64,000 nucleotides of DNA, from positions 16,794 through 80,793 of the forward strand of contig JAURAC010000006.1 of NCBI GenBank assembly GCA_030586555.1, read 5' to 3'. The notes beneath the pieces were generated by a model, which made no database searches, had not been told where the DNA came from, and worked only from the letters and a program-made list of their open reading frames with translations. The DNA is from Candidatus Subterrananammoxibius californiae (lineage in GTDB: Bacteria > Planctomycetota > Brocadiia > Brocadiales > Subterrananammoxibiaceae). Shown here piece by piece: positions 17,836 to 29,165 of the stretch. The first letter of the stretch is position 1; each line of letters opens with the position of its first letter. Both the position numbers and the translations under genes were made by a program.

Positions 17836-20439
17836 ATGACAAAAAGAGAATATAATTTTAAGGAAATCGAGCCGAAATGGCAGAAGTTCTGGAATGATAT
17901 CGGGCTCTTTCGTCTCGATGAAAAAAGTAAGAAGGAAAAGTTTTACTGCCTTGTGATGTTCCCATATCCATCGGGGACGTTGCATGTGGGGCACGGGAGA
18001 AATTACATTATCGGCGATGTGGTTACCCGCTATAAGATTATGAAGGGCTATAACGTCCTCTCACCCATGGGATGGGATGCCTTTGGTTTGCCAGCCGAAA
18101 ACGCCGCCATTAAGAGCGGCATACATCCTGGCATTCACACAAAAAACAATATTAGCGCCATGAAGAAGCAACTCCACCGCTGGGGGGTTGGCTATGACTG
18201 GGACAGGGAGGTTACAGCCTGCGAGCCTGATTATTACAAGTGGACGCAATGGATATTCTTAAAACTTTACGAACATGGTCTTGCATACAAGAAAAAGGCA
18301 TACGTGAACTGGTGTCCCTCCTGCGCAACGGTGCTGGCAAATGAGCAGGTTATTGATGGCCTTTGCGAACGCTGCGATAGTAAGGTCAAACAAAAAGAAC
18401 TTGAGCAGTGGTTCTTCAAAATCACAGATTATGCCCAAAGGCTTCTCGACGACATGGCGCTGCTCACCAAATGGCCTGAAAAGGTAAAGCTCATGCAGGC
18501 GAACTGGATTGGCAGGAGTGAGGGGGCAAGAATTGACTTTCTAATCCCCCCTCACCCCCCTTTAATAAAGGGGGGAATAGGGGGGATTAAAATTAGTTGC
18601 TTTACCACCCGTCCCGATACACTTTACGGGGTTACATTCATGATACTTGCCCCTGAGCATCCCATTATTGAGGAATTAGTTGCCGGCGCAGAAACATATA
18701 AAGATATAATGGCTTTCGTTGAAAAGGCAAAAAGTGAGAGTTTTCTTGAGCGTTCTGCAGAATGGGCGGAAAAGGAAGGGGTCTTCACGGGAAGACATGC
18801 TATAAACCCGATAAATGGGGAAAAGGTGCCTATCTGGGTTGCAAACTATGCCCTCATGGAATATGGAACTGGAGCGGTTATGGCAGTTCCTGCGCATGAC
18901 CAGCGGGACTTTGAATTTGCAAAAAAATATAACCTCTCGATAAGGGTTGTCATACAGCCTGAAGGACAAAGCCTCGACCCTCAAACAATGAAAGAAGCTT
19001 ATATAGGGGATGGCATCCAGGTCAATTCAGGAGACTTTAACGGCTTGCCAAATAGGCAGGCAATGTCAAAGATTATTGAATATCTTGGGAAAAAAGACAT
19101 TGGTAAAGCGGCAGTGAGCTACAAGCTAAGGGATTGGCTCATCTCTCGGCAAAGGTACTGGGGAGCGCCTATTCCCATAGTTTATTGCAATAAATGTGGC
19201 ACGGTTCCCATGCCTGAAAAGGACTTACCCGTCCTTTTACCTGAAAAGGTTGAGTTTAAGCCTCATGGACAATACAGTATTGTATCTACTGACAGGGGTC
19301 CAGTTTATGTGCCGGAAAAGGTTGAGTTTAAGCCTTATGGACAAAGCCCCCTCGCATACGTAGAGGAATTTACAAATACCAAGTGTCCAAAATGTGGTGG
19401 AAGCGCACAAAGGGAAACCGATACGATGGATACATTTGTCGATTCGGGCTGGTATTACCTCCGTTATCTCTCTCCCCACGATGATAGCAAGGCATTTGAC
19501 ACTGAAAAGGTAAATAAGTGGCTGCCTGTTGACCAATATATAGGCGGTGTTGAACATGCCATATTACATTTATTATATTCGAGGTTCATAACAAAGGTTC
19601 TTTTTGATATGGGCCTCGTCAATTTTAATGAGCCCTTCAAAAACCTCTTTACGCAGGGGATGATTATTAAAAATGGGGCAAAGATGTCGAAGTCTAAGGG
19701 AAACGTGGTCAGCCCTGACGTTCTTATAGACAAATACGGCGCAGATACGCTGCGCCTTTATACCCTCTTTATAGGACCCCCAGAACGTGACGCAGAATGG
19801 AGCGACAGAGGGGTTATTGGCGCATACCGTTTCCTTAATCGCCTGTGGCAAAAAGTCATGGAGTTCAAGAGTCAAGAGTCAGGAGTCAGGAGTCAGATAT
19901 CGGGACTCAATACTTTTGACTCAAGACTCTTGACTCAAGACTCAAAGACTCTTTACAGGCAAACCCATCTTACTATTAAAAAGGTAACAGAGGATATAGA
20001 AGACTCATGGCACTTTAATACGGCAATAGCCTCGATAATGGAGTTATTTAATTCCGTTGAGAAATTCAATCCTTTACCTACCGAAACAGATAGTTTCAAA
20101 GTCTTACGGTTTTCTCTGGAAACAATTATCGTCCTGCTTACCCCTCTTGTTCCTCATATAAGTGAGGAACTCTGGGAGATGATGGGGCATGAACCAAGTA
20201 TCTTTTCACTGCCCTGGCCCACTTATGATGAAGAAGCCACAAAGGCAGAGGAAATAGAGACGGTCATTCAGATAAATGGCAAGGTGCGAAGTCGTCTTGT
20301 AGTGCCCGTTGATATACCAGAGGACGACTTGAGACGGCGTGCATTAGAAGATGAAAGGGTAAAAGAATTTCTTGACGGGAAGAAGATTAGCAAGGTTATT
20401 CTGGTACAAAAGAAATTGGTTAATATTGTAACAGCCTAA
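17836..20439 (+). CDS. leuS: Leucine--tRNA ligase carrying three in-frame inserts
   Basis: MFPYPSG.LHVGH, GTGAVMAVPAHDQRD, KMSKS. Confidence 0.98.
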   Translation: MTKREYNFKEIEPKWQKFWNDIGLFRLDEKSKKEKFYCLVMFPYPSGTLHVGHGRNYIIGDVVTRYKIMKGYNVLSPMGWDAFGLPAENAAIKSGIHPGIHTKNNISAMKKQLHRWGVGYDWDREVTACEPDYYKWTQWIFLKLYEHGLAYKKKAYVNWCPSCATVLANEQVIDGLCERCDSKVKQKELEQWFFKITDYAQRLLDDMALLTKWPEKVKLMQANWIGRSEGARIDFLIPPHPPLIKGGIGGIKISCFTTRPDTLYGVTFMILAPEHPIIEELVAGAETYKDIMAFVEKAKSESFLERSAEWAEKEGVFTGRHAINPINGEKVPIWVANYALMEYGTGAVMAVPAHDQRDFEFAKKYNLSIRVVIQPEGQSLDPQTMKEAYIGDGIQVNSGDFNGLPNRQAMSKIIEYLGKKDIGKAAVSYKLRDWLISRQRYWGAPIPIVYCNKCGTVPMPEKDLPVLLPEKVEFKPHGQYSIVSTDRGPVYVPEKVEFKPYGQSPLAYVEEFTNTKCPKCGGSAQRETDTMDTFVDSGWYYLRYLSPHDDSKAFDTEKVNKWLPVDQYIGGVEHAILHLLYSRFITKVLFDMGLVNFNEPFKNLFTQGMIIKNGAKMSKSKGNVVSPDVLIDKYGADTLRLYTLFIGPPERDAEWSDRGVIGAYRFLNRLWQKVMEFKSQESGVRSQISGLNTFDSRLLTQDSKTLYRQTHLTIKKVTEDIEDSWHFNTAIASIMELFNSVEKFNPLPTETDSFKVLRFSLETIIVLLTPLVPHISEELWEMMGHEPSIFSLPWPTYDEEATKAEEIETVIQINGKVRSRLVVPVDIPEDDLRRRALEDERVKEFLDGKKISKVILVQKKLVNIVTA
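18544..18587. repeat. Family-F palindrome in frame in leuS
   Basis: Encodes IPPHPPLIKGGIGGI. Confidence 0.88.
19240..19344 (+). repeat. 33-bp direct repeat inside leuS (72-bp offset)
   Basis: PEKVEFKPHGQ / PEKVEFKPYGQ. Confidence 0.9.
19865..19951. repeat. Inverted heptamer arrays in frame in leuS
   Basis: (gagtcar)n ... (gactcaa)n encoding KSQESGVRSQ...DSRLLTQDSKT. Confidence 0.85.
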
Positions 20440-20446
20440 AAACCAA

Positions 20447-20503
20447 GCGATGAGCAAAGGGCAATGAGTAATACTCATTGCTTTGCACTCATTGCTCATT
20501 ACT
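20447..20503. repeat. Inverted heptamer array between leuS and holA
   Basis: gcaatgagtaatactcattgc core with flanking units. Confidence 0.7.
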
Positions 20504-20509
20504 TTAATT

Positions 20510-21514
20510 ATGGACTTTGAACATTTCAAAAGGGTAATTTCTAAGGGTCAGGTTGCCCCACTGTATGTGCTTCACGGCGAGGAAGAATTCTTTATCCGTG
20601 AGTCTCTGTCACTGCTGAAATCAATGTTCTTGAAGGGTTCGGACCCTTCCACGTCCCTTACTGAATTTGACGGCATGGATGCTACAGACCCGCCTCAGGC
20701 TGGCATCTTTAATGAATTGCGGACAACACCACTCCTTGGAGCAGCAGGCAAGCGCATGGTCATAGTTGAGAATGCAGACGATTTTATCGGAAAATACAAA
20801 AATCTTCTGGAGAAATATCTTGAGACGCATGCGCCGTATAGCTGTCTGGTTCTAATATGTAAGAAGTTTGACAAAAGAACAACCCTTTCTGCAAAGATTA
20901 ATCGAATCGGAGGTGAGATTGAGTGCAAAAGACTGAACGAATTTGAACTTTCTTTATGGATTCAACAAAGGGCAAGACATTACGGTAAAACGGTAACACC
21001 ACAAGCTATACAGTCCCTTATGGAAGCCATAGGAAATAAACCTGCGCTAATTGATAAGCACCTTGAAAAGCTATCCATATACCTTGACAAAAGACCAACA
21101 ATACAGGAAGACGATGTTGAAAACCTTGTAAGGGTTAACAGGACCCGTACCGTATTTGAACTAACAGAGGCGATTGCACAAAAGAATACAGAAAAGGCAT
21201 TAAAAGTATTGAATCAGCTTTTAGTCGCAGGCGAGGAGGGCGTCAAAATAATAAGTATGCTTACATGGCAAATAAGACGCTTGTGGCAGGCAAAGCACAT
21301 TTTAAGCACAGGGAAAAAGGCAGAGACGGTTGCTTCGGAACTGAAGATTAATCCCTATTATCTAAAGGATTTTATTAAACAAACCGGGCATTTTACCGAA
21401 GTATCCTTACAAAAAAAGTACGAACACATCCTCCTTGCAGATTTCCAGAAAAAGACAAGCGCAATGGATGAGCAATTGCTCTTGGAATGCCTCGTATATA
21501 AATTGTGCGGGTAA
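20510..21514 (+). CDS. holA: DNA polymerase III delta subunit
   Basis: YVLHGEEEF, LEKLSIY, VFELTEAI; follows leuS. Confidence 0.9.
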   Translation: MDFEHFKRVISKGQVAPLYVLHGEEEFFIRESLSLLKSMFLKGSDPSTSLTEFDGMDATDPPQAGIFNELRTTPLLGAAGKRMVIVENADDFIGKYKNLLEKYLETHAPYSCLVLICKKFDKRTTLSAKINRIGGEIECKRLNEFELSLWIQQRARHYGKTVTPQAIQSLMEAIGNKPALIDKHLEKLSIYLDKRPTIQEDDVENLVRVNRTRTVFELTEAIAQKNTEKALKVLNQLLVAGEEGVKIISMLTWQIRRLWQAKHILSTGKKAETVASELKINPYYLKDFIKQTGHFTEVSLQKKYEHILLADFQKKTSAMDEQLLLECLVYKLCG

Positions 21515-21544
21515 GAAAAAAATAATATAAGCTTTTAAGGTTCG

Positions 21545-23152
21545 TTATCTCTTTTTATACACAAAAAGCTTATTATAAAATGTACAGTTGTCATCACGAA
21601 ATGTGTAATTATAGTAAAATTTATAAAAGGGCTTTCTCAAATCTTTTACTTTCCTTGAAAAGAAACGGGTATCAAGTCTGTGTTTAAGAATTTCGCCGAT
21701 TTCGGTATCATGACCATAAAGTAACCATATTTTTGCATTATTATTTTTAATTAAAATGTCATTTATGTAGCTTACAACGCTGTCCGCATCACTTTCCAGT
21801 ATCTGTTTCTGGCTTAACATTTTATTTACATCTCGCCAGCCAGGATGTAAGGCTAATTCTTGAGGGAAAGAAATCTTAATAAAAGCCTTATCTGACTTCA
21901 TTAAAGACAAATAATAATCAATGGGTCGGAGACTCAAACTGGTATGTATGAGAATATCATTATTATCAGCATGTTTTATTAAATATTCAGTTGTTGATTT
22001 ATCAGTACATTGTTTAGGAGTAAATCTGTAACCTACAAAACTGATAGAGGTTTCAATTAGTAAAATATAGCAGCAGGCAATGATAATACGACTATTTCCA
22101 AACCTGCTCAACAATGACCCGACAAGCATAACAAAAGGAGGGAGCGCTATTATAGTATATCTCGTCGGCACATAAATTGGCTTTGCCTGAGAAATAATTA
22201 GTGGAACTAATAATGAAACGGATAGAAATATCAAAAACACAGGGTTTTGCTTCTGAATGATAAACTCTTTTAAGGCAGATATATTCCAGAATCTTATTTT
22301 AAACCCTACAACTTTAAACACTATAAGCACTAAGAACGCAACATAAACAAGCACCGCCCGTTTCCAGTTCACGCCTCCACAAAAATCAAATAATGTAGAT
22401 ACCAACTCACGAATACCGGGTTTTACTATCCAGGAGACATGAGTCCTGTTAGCTTGTGATAAAAAGACTGGTATCCATAATATCAAAAAGGGCGCAACTG
22501 ATATAAAAATTGCTACTGAAAACTTTTTAAATGACGACCTGGGAAATAGTAGAAGATGGGAAACTATTTGTGAAAAAATCATAAAAAAGAACCAGTAATG
22601 GGTAAAAATACCAATCATATTAACAATAATGTATAAAGCAAGGTCCTTTTTTGAATTATTTTTAAGAAGAAATAACCTTAAAAAGAATAGCGTTGAAAGT
22701 ATTACCAATAACCCTAAAAGCGAATACATCCTTGCGTTTTGAGCGTGTTTAATAGCGAGAGGGCTTAACATATACAAAAACGAACACAATAAGCCTGTTT
22801 TCCTGTCGTTATAAATAGATTTACCTAAAACGTAAACGGCAACCAAACTAAGCATATAAAATATGGCAGATGGACTCCTAACCGCAAGTTCGCTTATTCC
22901 GAATATCCGTATCCATACGGCAAGAAAAAGAAAATACAAAGGCGGGCTCGATTCCGTTAGCTTCACTTCACGAATAATACCTTCCCAATCATGACCTGCC
23001 TCAAAAACACTACAAGCTTCGTCAAACCAGATAGACCTATTAATACCAAAAAAGGAAAAAAGGGCTATTGCCAATACCGACATAATGGTTAGAGGTAACA
23101 GAAATATCCACTGATTATTTTTATTTTCTATGATAGGGATATCCTTTCCCAT
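21545..23152 (-). CDS. GT39/ArnT-like membrane glycosyltransferase, paralog 1
   Basis: SIWFDE, PPLY, AQNARMY; multiple TM helices. Confidence 0.85.
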   Translation of the reverse strand: MGKDIPIIENKNNQWIFLLPLTIMSVLAIALFSFFGINRSIWFDEACSVFEAGHDWEGIIREVKLTESSPPLYFLFLAVWIRIFGISELAVRSPSAIFYMLSLVAVYVLGKSIYNDRKTGLLCSFLYMLSPLAIKHAQNARMYSLLGLLVILSTLFFLRLFLLKNNSKKDLALYIIVNMIGIFTHYWFFFMIFSQIVSHLLLFPRSSFKKFSVAIFISVAPFLILWIPVFLSQANRTHVSWIVKPGIRELVSTLFDFCGGVNWKRAVLVYVAFLVLIVFKVVGFKIRFWNISALKEFIIQKQNPVFLIFLSVSLLVPLIISQAKPIYVPTRYTIIALPPFVMLVGSLLSRFGNSRIIIACCYILLIETSISFVGYRFTPKQCTDKSTTEYLIKHADNNDILIHTSLSLRPIDYYLSLMKSDKAFIKISFPQELALHPGWRDVNKMLSQKQILESDADSVVSYINDILIKNNNAKIWLLYGHDTEIGEILKHRLDTRFFSRKVKDLRKPFYKFYYNYTFRDDNCTFYNKLFVYKKR

Positions 23153-23274
23153 AAAAGTAATGTCCTATAACCCCTGAAAATAGTATTGAAGGAGGAACAA
23201 AACCATCAAAGGCGCGGAGGAGCAAGATGCCTCCATAAATTATATTCAGCAACGAGGTATCGTCTGCGGAGTTT

Positions 23275-23503
23275 TATTGTAAGTAATTTATCAACTTAGG
23301 CACAGGGTGAAAGGCAGAAACGGTTGCTTCGGAACTGAAAATTAATCCCTACTATCTAAGAGATTTTATTAAACAAACCGAGCACTTTACCGAGGCATCC
23401 TTACAAAAAAAGTACGAACATATCCTCCTTGCAGATTTCCAGAGAAAGACAAATGCAATGGATGAGCGATTACTCTTAGATTACCTTGTGTATAAATTGT
23501 GTA
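23275..23503. pseudogene. Duplication junction: accD 3'-end remnant (23275-23295, -) abutting a holA 3'-end remnant (23296-23503, +)
   Basis: Matches 25180-25201 and 21302-~21507 respectively. Confidence 0.88.
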
Positions 23504-23536
23504 CAGGTCAATTGCGATCCCGAGATGCAGCCAAAT

Positions 23537-25120
23537 CTATTTTTGATACACAAAAATTTTATTATAATATGTATGACCCTCAAAAGAAGTATAATTATTA
23601 TTAAATGGGTGAAATAATTTTCGAAGATTTATTTCTCTACTTAGAAAGAAACGTGTATCAAGCCTATTTTTAAGAATATTACCGACTTCGGGATTACAAC
23701 CATAAAGTAACCATATTTTTGTATCATTGTTTTTAATTGTAACTTTATTTTTGATTATAAGGGTGTCCAAGTAACGCACAAAATTGTCCACTTTGCTTTC
23801 CAGCACATGTTTTCTCTTGTCGGTGTCCGATAGAAAAGAAAGCGTAGTAAAAGTGTTGTTCGGCTTCATCAGGCGTAGATAATAGTCAATGCCTGCCCGG
23901 CTCCAACCAGTAAAAATGATAATATCGTTATCATGGGCATGTGTTATTAAATATTTGGTTGTTGATTTATCCGAATAATATTGCTTGGGTGTAAATCCGC
24001 AACTTACAAAACTAATTGTAGCTTCTATAAGTAAAATATAACAAAAGGCTAATACGACGTGTTTATTCCCGAATCTACTTAATAATGACCCAATAACCAC
24101 AACGAAAGGAGGGAGTGCAATTATAGTATATCTCGTTGGCACATAAATGGGCTTTACCTGGGAAATAATAAATGGAACTAATAATGAAATGGCAAAAAAT
24201 ATCAAGAATGCAAGGTTTTGTTTTTGAATGATAAACTCTTTTAAGGTAGAAATATTCCAGAATCTTATTTTAAAACCTTCAACTTTAAATACTATAAGCG
24301 CCAAAAATGCGGCATAAACAAGCGCCGCTCGTATCGCACTGTTGCCCCCATAAAACCTTCGAAAAGTAGATACTAAAGCATGAAAACCTGGCTTACTTAT
24401 CCAGGAATAAACGCCACGTTCTACCTGTGATAAAAAGATAGGTGACCATAATACCAAAAAGGGCATAAGTGATAAGAAAATTGCAATGCAGAACGTTTTA
24501 AGTGACGTTCTGGAAAACAAAAGAATATAGGAAACTATTTGCGATAAAATCACAAAAAAGAAATAGAAATGCGTAAAAGTGCCAATGATATTAACAATAA
24601 TGTATAAAACAAGGTCTTTTTTTGAATTGGTCTTGATAAGAAATAACCTCGAAAAGAATAGCGTTGAAAGTATTGCTAATAACCCTAAGAGAGAATACGG
24701 TCTTGCGTTTTGTGCATGTATAATAGCCAGCGGGCTTAACATATAAAGAAACGAACACAATAAGCCTGTACGCTTGTCATTATAAATGGATTTGCCTAAA
24801 ACATAAATGGCAACCAGACTGAGTATATAAAATATACTGGATGGGCTCCTGACTGCAAGCTCGCTCATTCCAAATGCCCGTGTCCATAAGGCAAGAAAAA
24901 GATGATACAAAGGCGGGTGGCTAATCTTTTTCACTGCGTTAATAATGCCTTCGTGGTCATGACTTGTTAAAAGAACACTATGGGCTTCATCAAACCAAAT
25001 AGACCTATCAATATTAAAAAAGGAAAATAGGGCTACTGCCAATACCGACATAATGATTAGAGGTAATAGAAATACCCTCGAATTATTTTTATTTTCTATC
25101 ACAGGGATATCCTTCCCCAT
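23537..25120 (-). CDS. GT39/ArnT-like membrane glycosyltransferase, paralog 2
   Basis: Colinear with paralog 1 (MGKDIP..SIWFDE..HPPLY). Confidence 0.85.
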   Translation of the reverse strand: MGKDIPVIENKNNSRVFLLPLIIMSVLAVALFSFFNIDRSIWFDEAHSVLLTSHDHEGIINAVKKISHPPLYHLFLALWTRAFGMSELAVRSPSSIFYILSLVAIYVLGKSIYNDKRTGLLCSFLYMLSPLAIIHAQNARPYSLLGLLAILSTLFFSRLFLIKTNSKKDLVLYIIVNIIGTFTHFYFFFVILSQIVSYILLFSRTSLKTFCIAIFLSLMPFLVLWSPIFLSQVERGVYSWISKPGFHALVSTFRRFYGGNSAIRAALVYAAFLALIVFKVEGFKIRFWNISTLKEFIIQKQNLAFLIFFAISLLVPFIISQVKPIYVPTRYTIIALPPFVVVIGSLLSRFGNKHVVLAFCYILLIEATISFVSCGFTPKQYYSDKSTTKYLITHAHDNDIIIFTGWSRAGIDYYLRLMKPNNTFTTLSFLSDTDKRKHVLESKVDNFVRYLDTLIIKNKVTIKNNDTKIWLLYGCNPEVGNILKNRLDTRFFLSREINLRKLFHPFNNNYTSFEGHTYYNKIFVYQK

Positions 25121-25179
25121 AAAAGTAATGCCCTATAACCCCTGAAAAGGTATTGGAGATGAAGCGGGGGGACGCAGTT

Positions 25180-25992
25180 TTATTGTAAATAATCTATCAA
25201 CGTTGCGAGTTCGTGTTTGAGGTCTTTTCTCTCAACAATCCTGTCAATAAAGCCGTGCGCAAGTAAGAATTCGGCGGTTTGGAAGCCGTGTGGAAGGGTT
25301 TTCTTGATTGTTTCCTGGATAACGCGTGGGCCGGCAAAGCCTATCAATGCCTTTGGCTCTGCGAGGATAATGTCGGCTAAGGACGCAAAACTTGCAGTAA
25401 CGCCGCCGAGGGTTGGGTCTGTCAGTACCGATGCATATAAGATAGAGGATTCGTGAAGTTTAGCTATAGCTGCGCTTGTCTTTGCCATCTGCATAAGAGA
25501 GATGGCGCCTTCCTGCATGCGAGCCCCACCGCCTGAGCCTGAAACAATTATAAGCGGCAATCGTTCCTCCAGGGCTTTTTCCGCGGCACGGGTAATCTTT
25601 TCTCCTACCACAGAGCCCATGCTACCCATAATGAAATTTGAATCGGTTACGCCAAAAATGACCGCCTTCCCCTCTATCCTGCCTTTTCCTACTATTGCAG
25701 CCTCTTTCAGACCTGTCTTTAGTTGTTCAGCCTCTAACCTTTCTTTGTACGTAATGCGGTCCTTAAAGTTAAGAGGGTCTGCAGGAAGCATATTTGCCCA
25801 GTATTCTTCAAAGCTGTTTTCATCTAACAGTATCCTTATACGCTCCCGGCCTGTTATCCGAAAGTGGTAGTTGCACTCTGGACAGACGCTTAACTTCTCC
25901 TCAACAGCCTTTTTATAAACAACACCCTTACATCCGTCGCATCTTGTCCAGAGCCCATCGGGCATACTCCTTTTTCTTCTGAATAAAGCCAT
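25180..25992 (-). CDS. accD: Acetyl-CoA carboxylase carboxyltransferase beta subunit
   Basis: CxxC..CxxC zinc finger, [26 protein letters not shown]. Confidence 0.97.
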   Translation of the reverse strand: MALFRRKRSMPDGLWTRCDGCKGVVYKKAVEEKLSVCPECNYHFRITGRERIRILLDENSFEEYWANMLPADPLNFKDRITYKERLEAEQLKTGLKEAAIVGKGRIEGKAVIFGVTDSNFIMGSMGSVVGEKITRAAEKALEERLPLIIVSGSGGGARMQEGAISLMQMAKTSAAIAKLHESSILYASVLTDPTLGGVTASFASLADIILAEPKALIGFAGPRVIQETIKKTLPHGFQTAEFLLAHGFIDRIVERKDLKHELATLIDYLQ

Positions 25993-26675
25993 TATGGATC
26001 CAGTCCAAAAAGCTTTAACCCATGCTCGGCGCCGAGCCGTAAGTCCTGCACGGCTTGATAGGGGTCGTCTGCCTTAAAGATTGCAGTAGCCGCCGCAAAG
26101 ACATTTGCGCCGTTGCTGGCAACTTGCTCTATTGTGTCCTTTGTAATGCCGCCATCAACCTTGATGTCTAACCCTTCAGGGGCTATCATTCTAAGTTCTT
26201 TAATTTTTGGCACAGCATTCCAGATAATGGATTGCCCATCGTATCCGGGGTTTACAGTCATGACAAGTATCATATCCACAAGCCCTATAATTTCAGTTAC
26301 GGATTGTACTGCCGTGACAGGGTTAAGGGCAACCGCAGGCTTTAATCCTGCTTTTCTTATCAAAGCAATAAGCTCCTTTGGCTCATTGGTTGTCTCGATA
26401 TGGAATGTGAAGAAGTCCCCCTTTCTTGCCGCATCGGCAAAAGGGACGAGAAATTGAGCAGGGTTTTGAACCATGAGATGGATGTCAATGGGGACTCGGA
26501 TTACCTTCTTCAGTCCCTTAACAATAAATGGGCCCATTGTAAGGTTAGGAACAAAATGTCCATCCATTACGTCAACGTGAATGAAGTCTACCCCTGCATC
26601 TTCAACACTTTTTATATCTTCACCGAAGCGCGCCGGATTGGCTGCCAGGATTGATGCGGAGATTTTGACTTTCAA
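25992..26675 (-). CDS. rpe: Ribulose-phosphate 3-epimerase
   Basis: [26 protein letters not shown] start after GGAGG preferred. Confidence 0.95.
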   Translation of the reverse strand: MKVKISASILAANPARFGEDIKSVEDAGVDFIHVDVMDGHFVPNLTMGPFIVKGLKKVIRVPIDIHLMVQNPAQFLVPFADAARKGDFFTFHIETTNEPKELIALIRKAGLKPAVALNPVTAVQSVTEIIGLVDMILVMTVNPGYDGQSIIWNAVPKIKELRMIAPEGLDIKVDGGITKDTIEQVASNGANVFAAATAIFKADDPYQAVQDLRLGAEHGLKLFGLDP

Positions 26676-26720
26676 AGTAATGCTGCCTCCCATACGAGTA
26701 AAACGATAGCCCCTACAAAC

Positions 26721-26848
26721 GGGTGGCATGGACAATCCGCTCAGGCGGATTGTCCGTGTTCTTCCTGAAAACAAGAGGCACGGACAAACAAGTTTGTCCA
26801 TGCCACCCCAATGTGGAGGAATCAACGAGGTAAAACCTCGTTGTCTAC
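26721..26848. repeat. Mosaic of an inverted family-D pair (one with family-C loop) and a half family-E unit
   Basis: ggacaa[tccgctcaggcgga]ttgtcc; gcacggacaaacaagtttgtccatgccaccc; caacgaggtaaaacctcgttgtctac. Confidence 0.85.
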
Positions 26849-26852
26849 TTTT

Positions 26853-28046
26853 TTACTCTTTTTTATCGGTAAGCGCTGCTATTCCTGGAAGTTCTTTACC
26901 TTCCAGAAGTTTCAGGAATGCACCGCCACCCGTTGATATGAAGGATACATTGTGTGATTCTCCTGCGCGCAAAAAAGCGAGGTCGGTATCCCCTCCACCC
27001 ACGATTGTCAAGGCATGGGAACTGGCAATTGCCTCAACCATTGCGAAGGTTCCCCTGCTAAAGGCATCAATTTCAAAGACGCCCATCGGCCCATTCCATA
27101 TCACGGTTTTTGCATTCTGTAAGACTTCCGAGAATAATCTCGTGCTGGCAGGACCAATGTCAAGGGCTATCCAGTTGGGGGGAATTTCTTGAAAGGCTAC
27201 GACCTTAGTTTCAGCCTTGCCGTTAAAGGATTCAGCAACTACAAAATCTACAGGAAGATAAAACTTTGTGCCGTTAAGATGAACATTATCAAGAATACTC
27301 GAGACTTCGTCAATCATACTGTCTTCTACGAGTGATTTACCTATATCATTGCCAAGCGCCTTTAAGAATGTAAATGCCATTGCACCCCCTATAATTATCT
27401 TATCCACCTTTCCCACAAGGTTTTCTATGACATGTATTTTATCCGAGACCTTCGCCCCACCCAGCATTGCAACGACAGGCCTCATAGGATTGGTAATAGC
27501 CTTCTCAAAGTAATCGAGTTCTTTTTTTATCAGAAACCCTGCGACTGCGACCGGCACGAACTTATTTATGCCAACCATCGAGGCATGCGCCCTGTGGCAA
27601 TTCCCGAAGGCATCCTGAACAAAGACATCGGCAAGACTTGCCAGCGCCTTTGCAAATTCGGGGTCATTTTTTTCCTCCCCTTCATGGAATCGTAGATTTT
27701 CCAGCATTATCACATCGCCGGGTTTCATCTGGTCAATAAGGTTTTTGACCTTTTCACCTATACAGTCATCTGCAAGTATAACCTCCTTATCGAGCAGCCT
27801 TTTGAGCCTCTTTACAACAGGTCTCAAGCTAAGATTAGGAACAACCTTTCCTTTAGGCCTTCCGAGATGAGAGGCTATAATAATCCTTGCATCTTCATCC
27901 AGCAGAAAATTAATCGTAGGTAATGCCGCCCTGATGCGTGCATCATCTACAATGTTGCCTTGCTCGTCCAAGGGGACGTTAAAATCTACCCTGACAAGCA
28001 CCTTCTTTTGCCTTAATGGAACTTCTGTAAGGAAAAGTTTATTCAA
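26853..28046 (-). CDS. pgk: Phosphoglycerate kinase
   Basis: RVDFNVP, SHLGRP, LENLRF, GGAKVSDK, STGGGA; TTG start with GGAGG RBS. Confidence 0.97.
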   Translation of the reverse strand: MNKLFLTEVPLRQKKVLVRVDFNVPLDEQGNIVDDARIRAALPTINFLLDEDARIIIASHLGRPKGKVVPNLSLRPVVKRLKRLLDKEVILADDCIGEKVKNLIDQMKPGDVIMLENLRFHEGEEKNDPEFAKALASLADVFVQDAFGNCHRAHASMVGINKFVPVAVAGFLIKKELDYFEKAITNPMRPVVAMLGGAKVSDKIHVIENLVGKVDKIIIGGAMAFTFLKALGNDIGKSLVEDSMIDEVSSILDNVHLNGTKFYLPVDFVVAESFNGKAETKVVAFQEIPPNWIALDIGPASTRLFSEVLQNAKTVIWNGPMGVFEIDAFSRGTFAMVEAIASSHALTIVGGGDTDLAFLRAGESHNVSFISTGGGAFLKLLEGKELPGIAALTDKKE

Positions 28047-28074
28047 TGTCCCCTCCCATTTCCAAAAAAGCACT

Positions 28075-28134
28075 GGTGGCATGGACAAACTTGTTCGCCA
28101 AGGCGAATCTGCCTCAGGCACGATTTGTCCGTGC
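28075..28134. repeat. Family-D hairpin interrupted by element B (28094-28123)
   Basis: ggacaaacttg[ttcgccaaggcgaatctgcctcaggcacga]tttgtccgtgc. Confidence 0.92.
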
Positions 28135-28145
28135 CGTGCCTTGCC

Positions 28146-29165
<1,020 letters not shown>

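Noticed and set aside
12920..28121. Long N-terminal extensions of CinA, Rpe and Pgk in the ORF track
   Set aside because: They are translations of intergenic repeats; better starts lie downstream (with clear RBS for rpe and pgk). Not counted as in-frame inserts.
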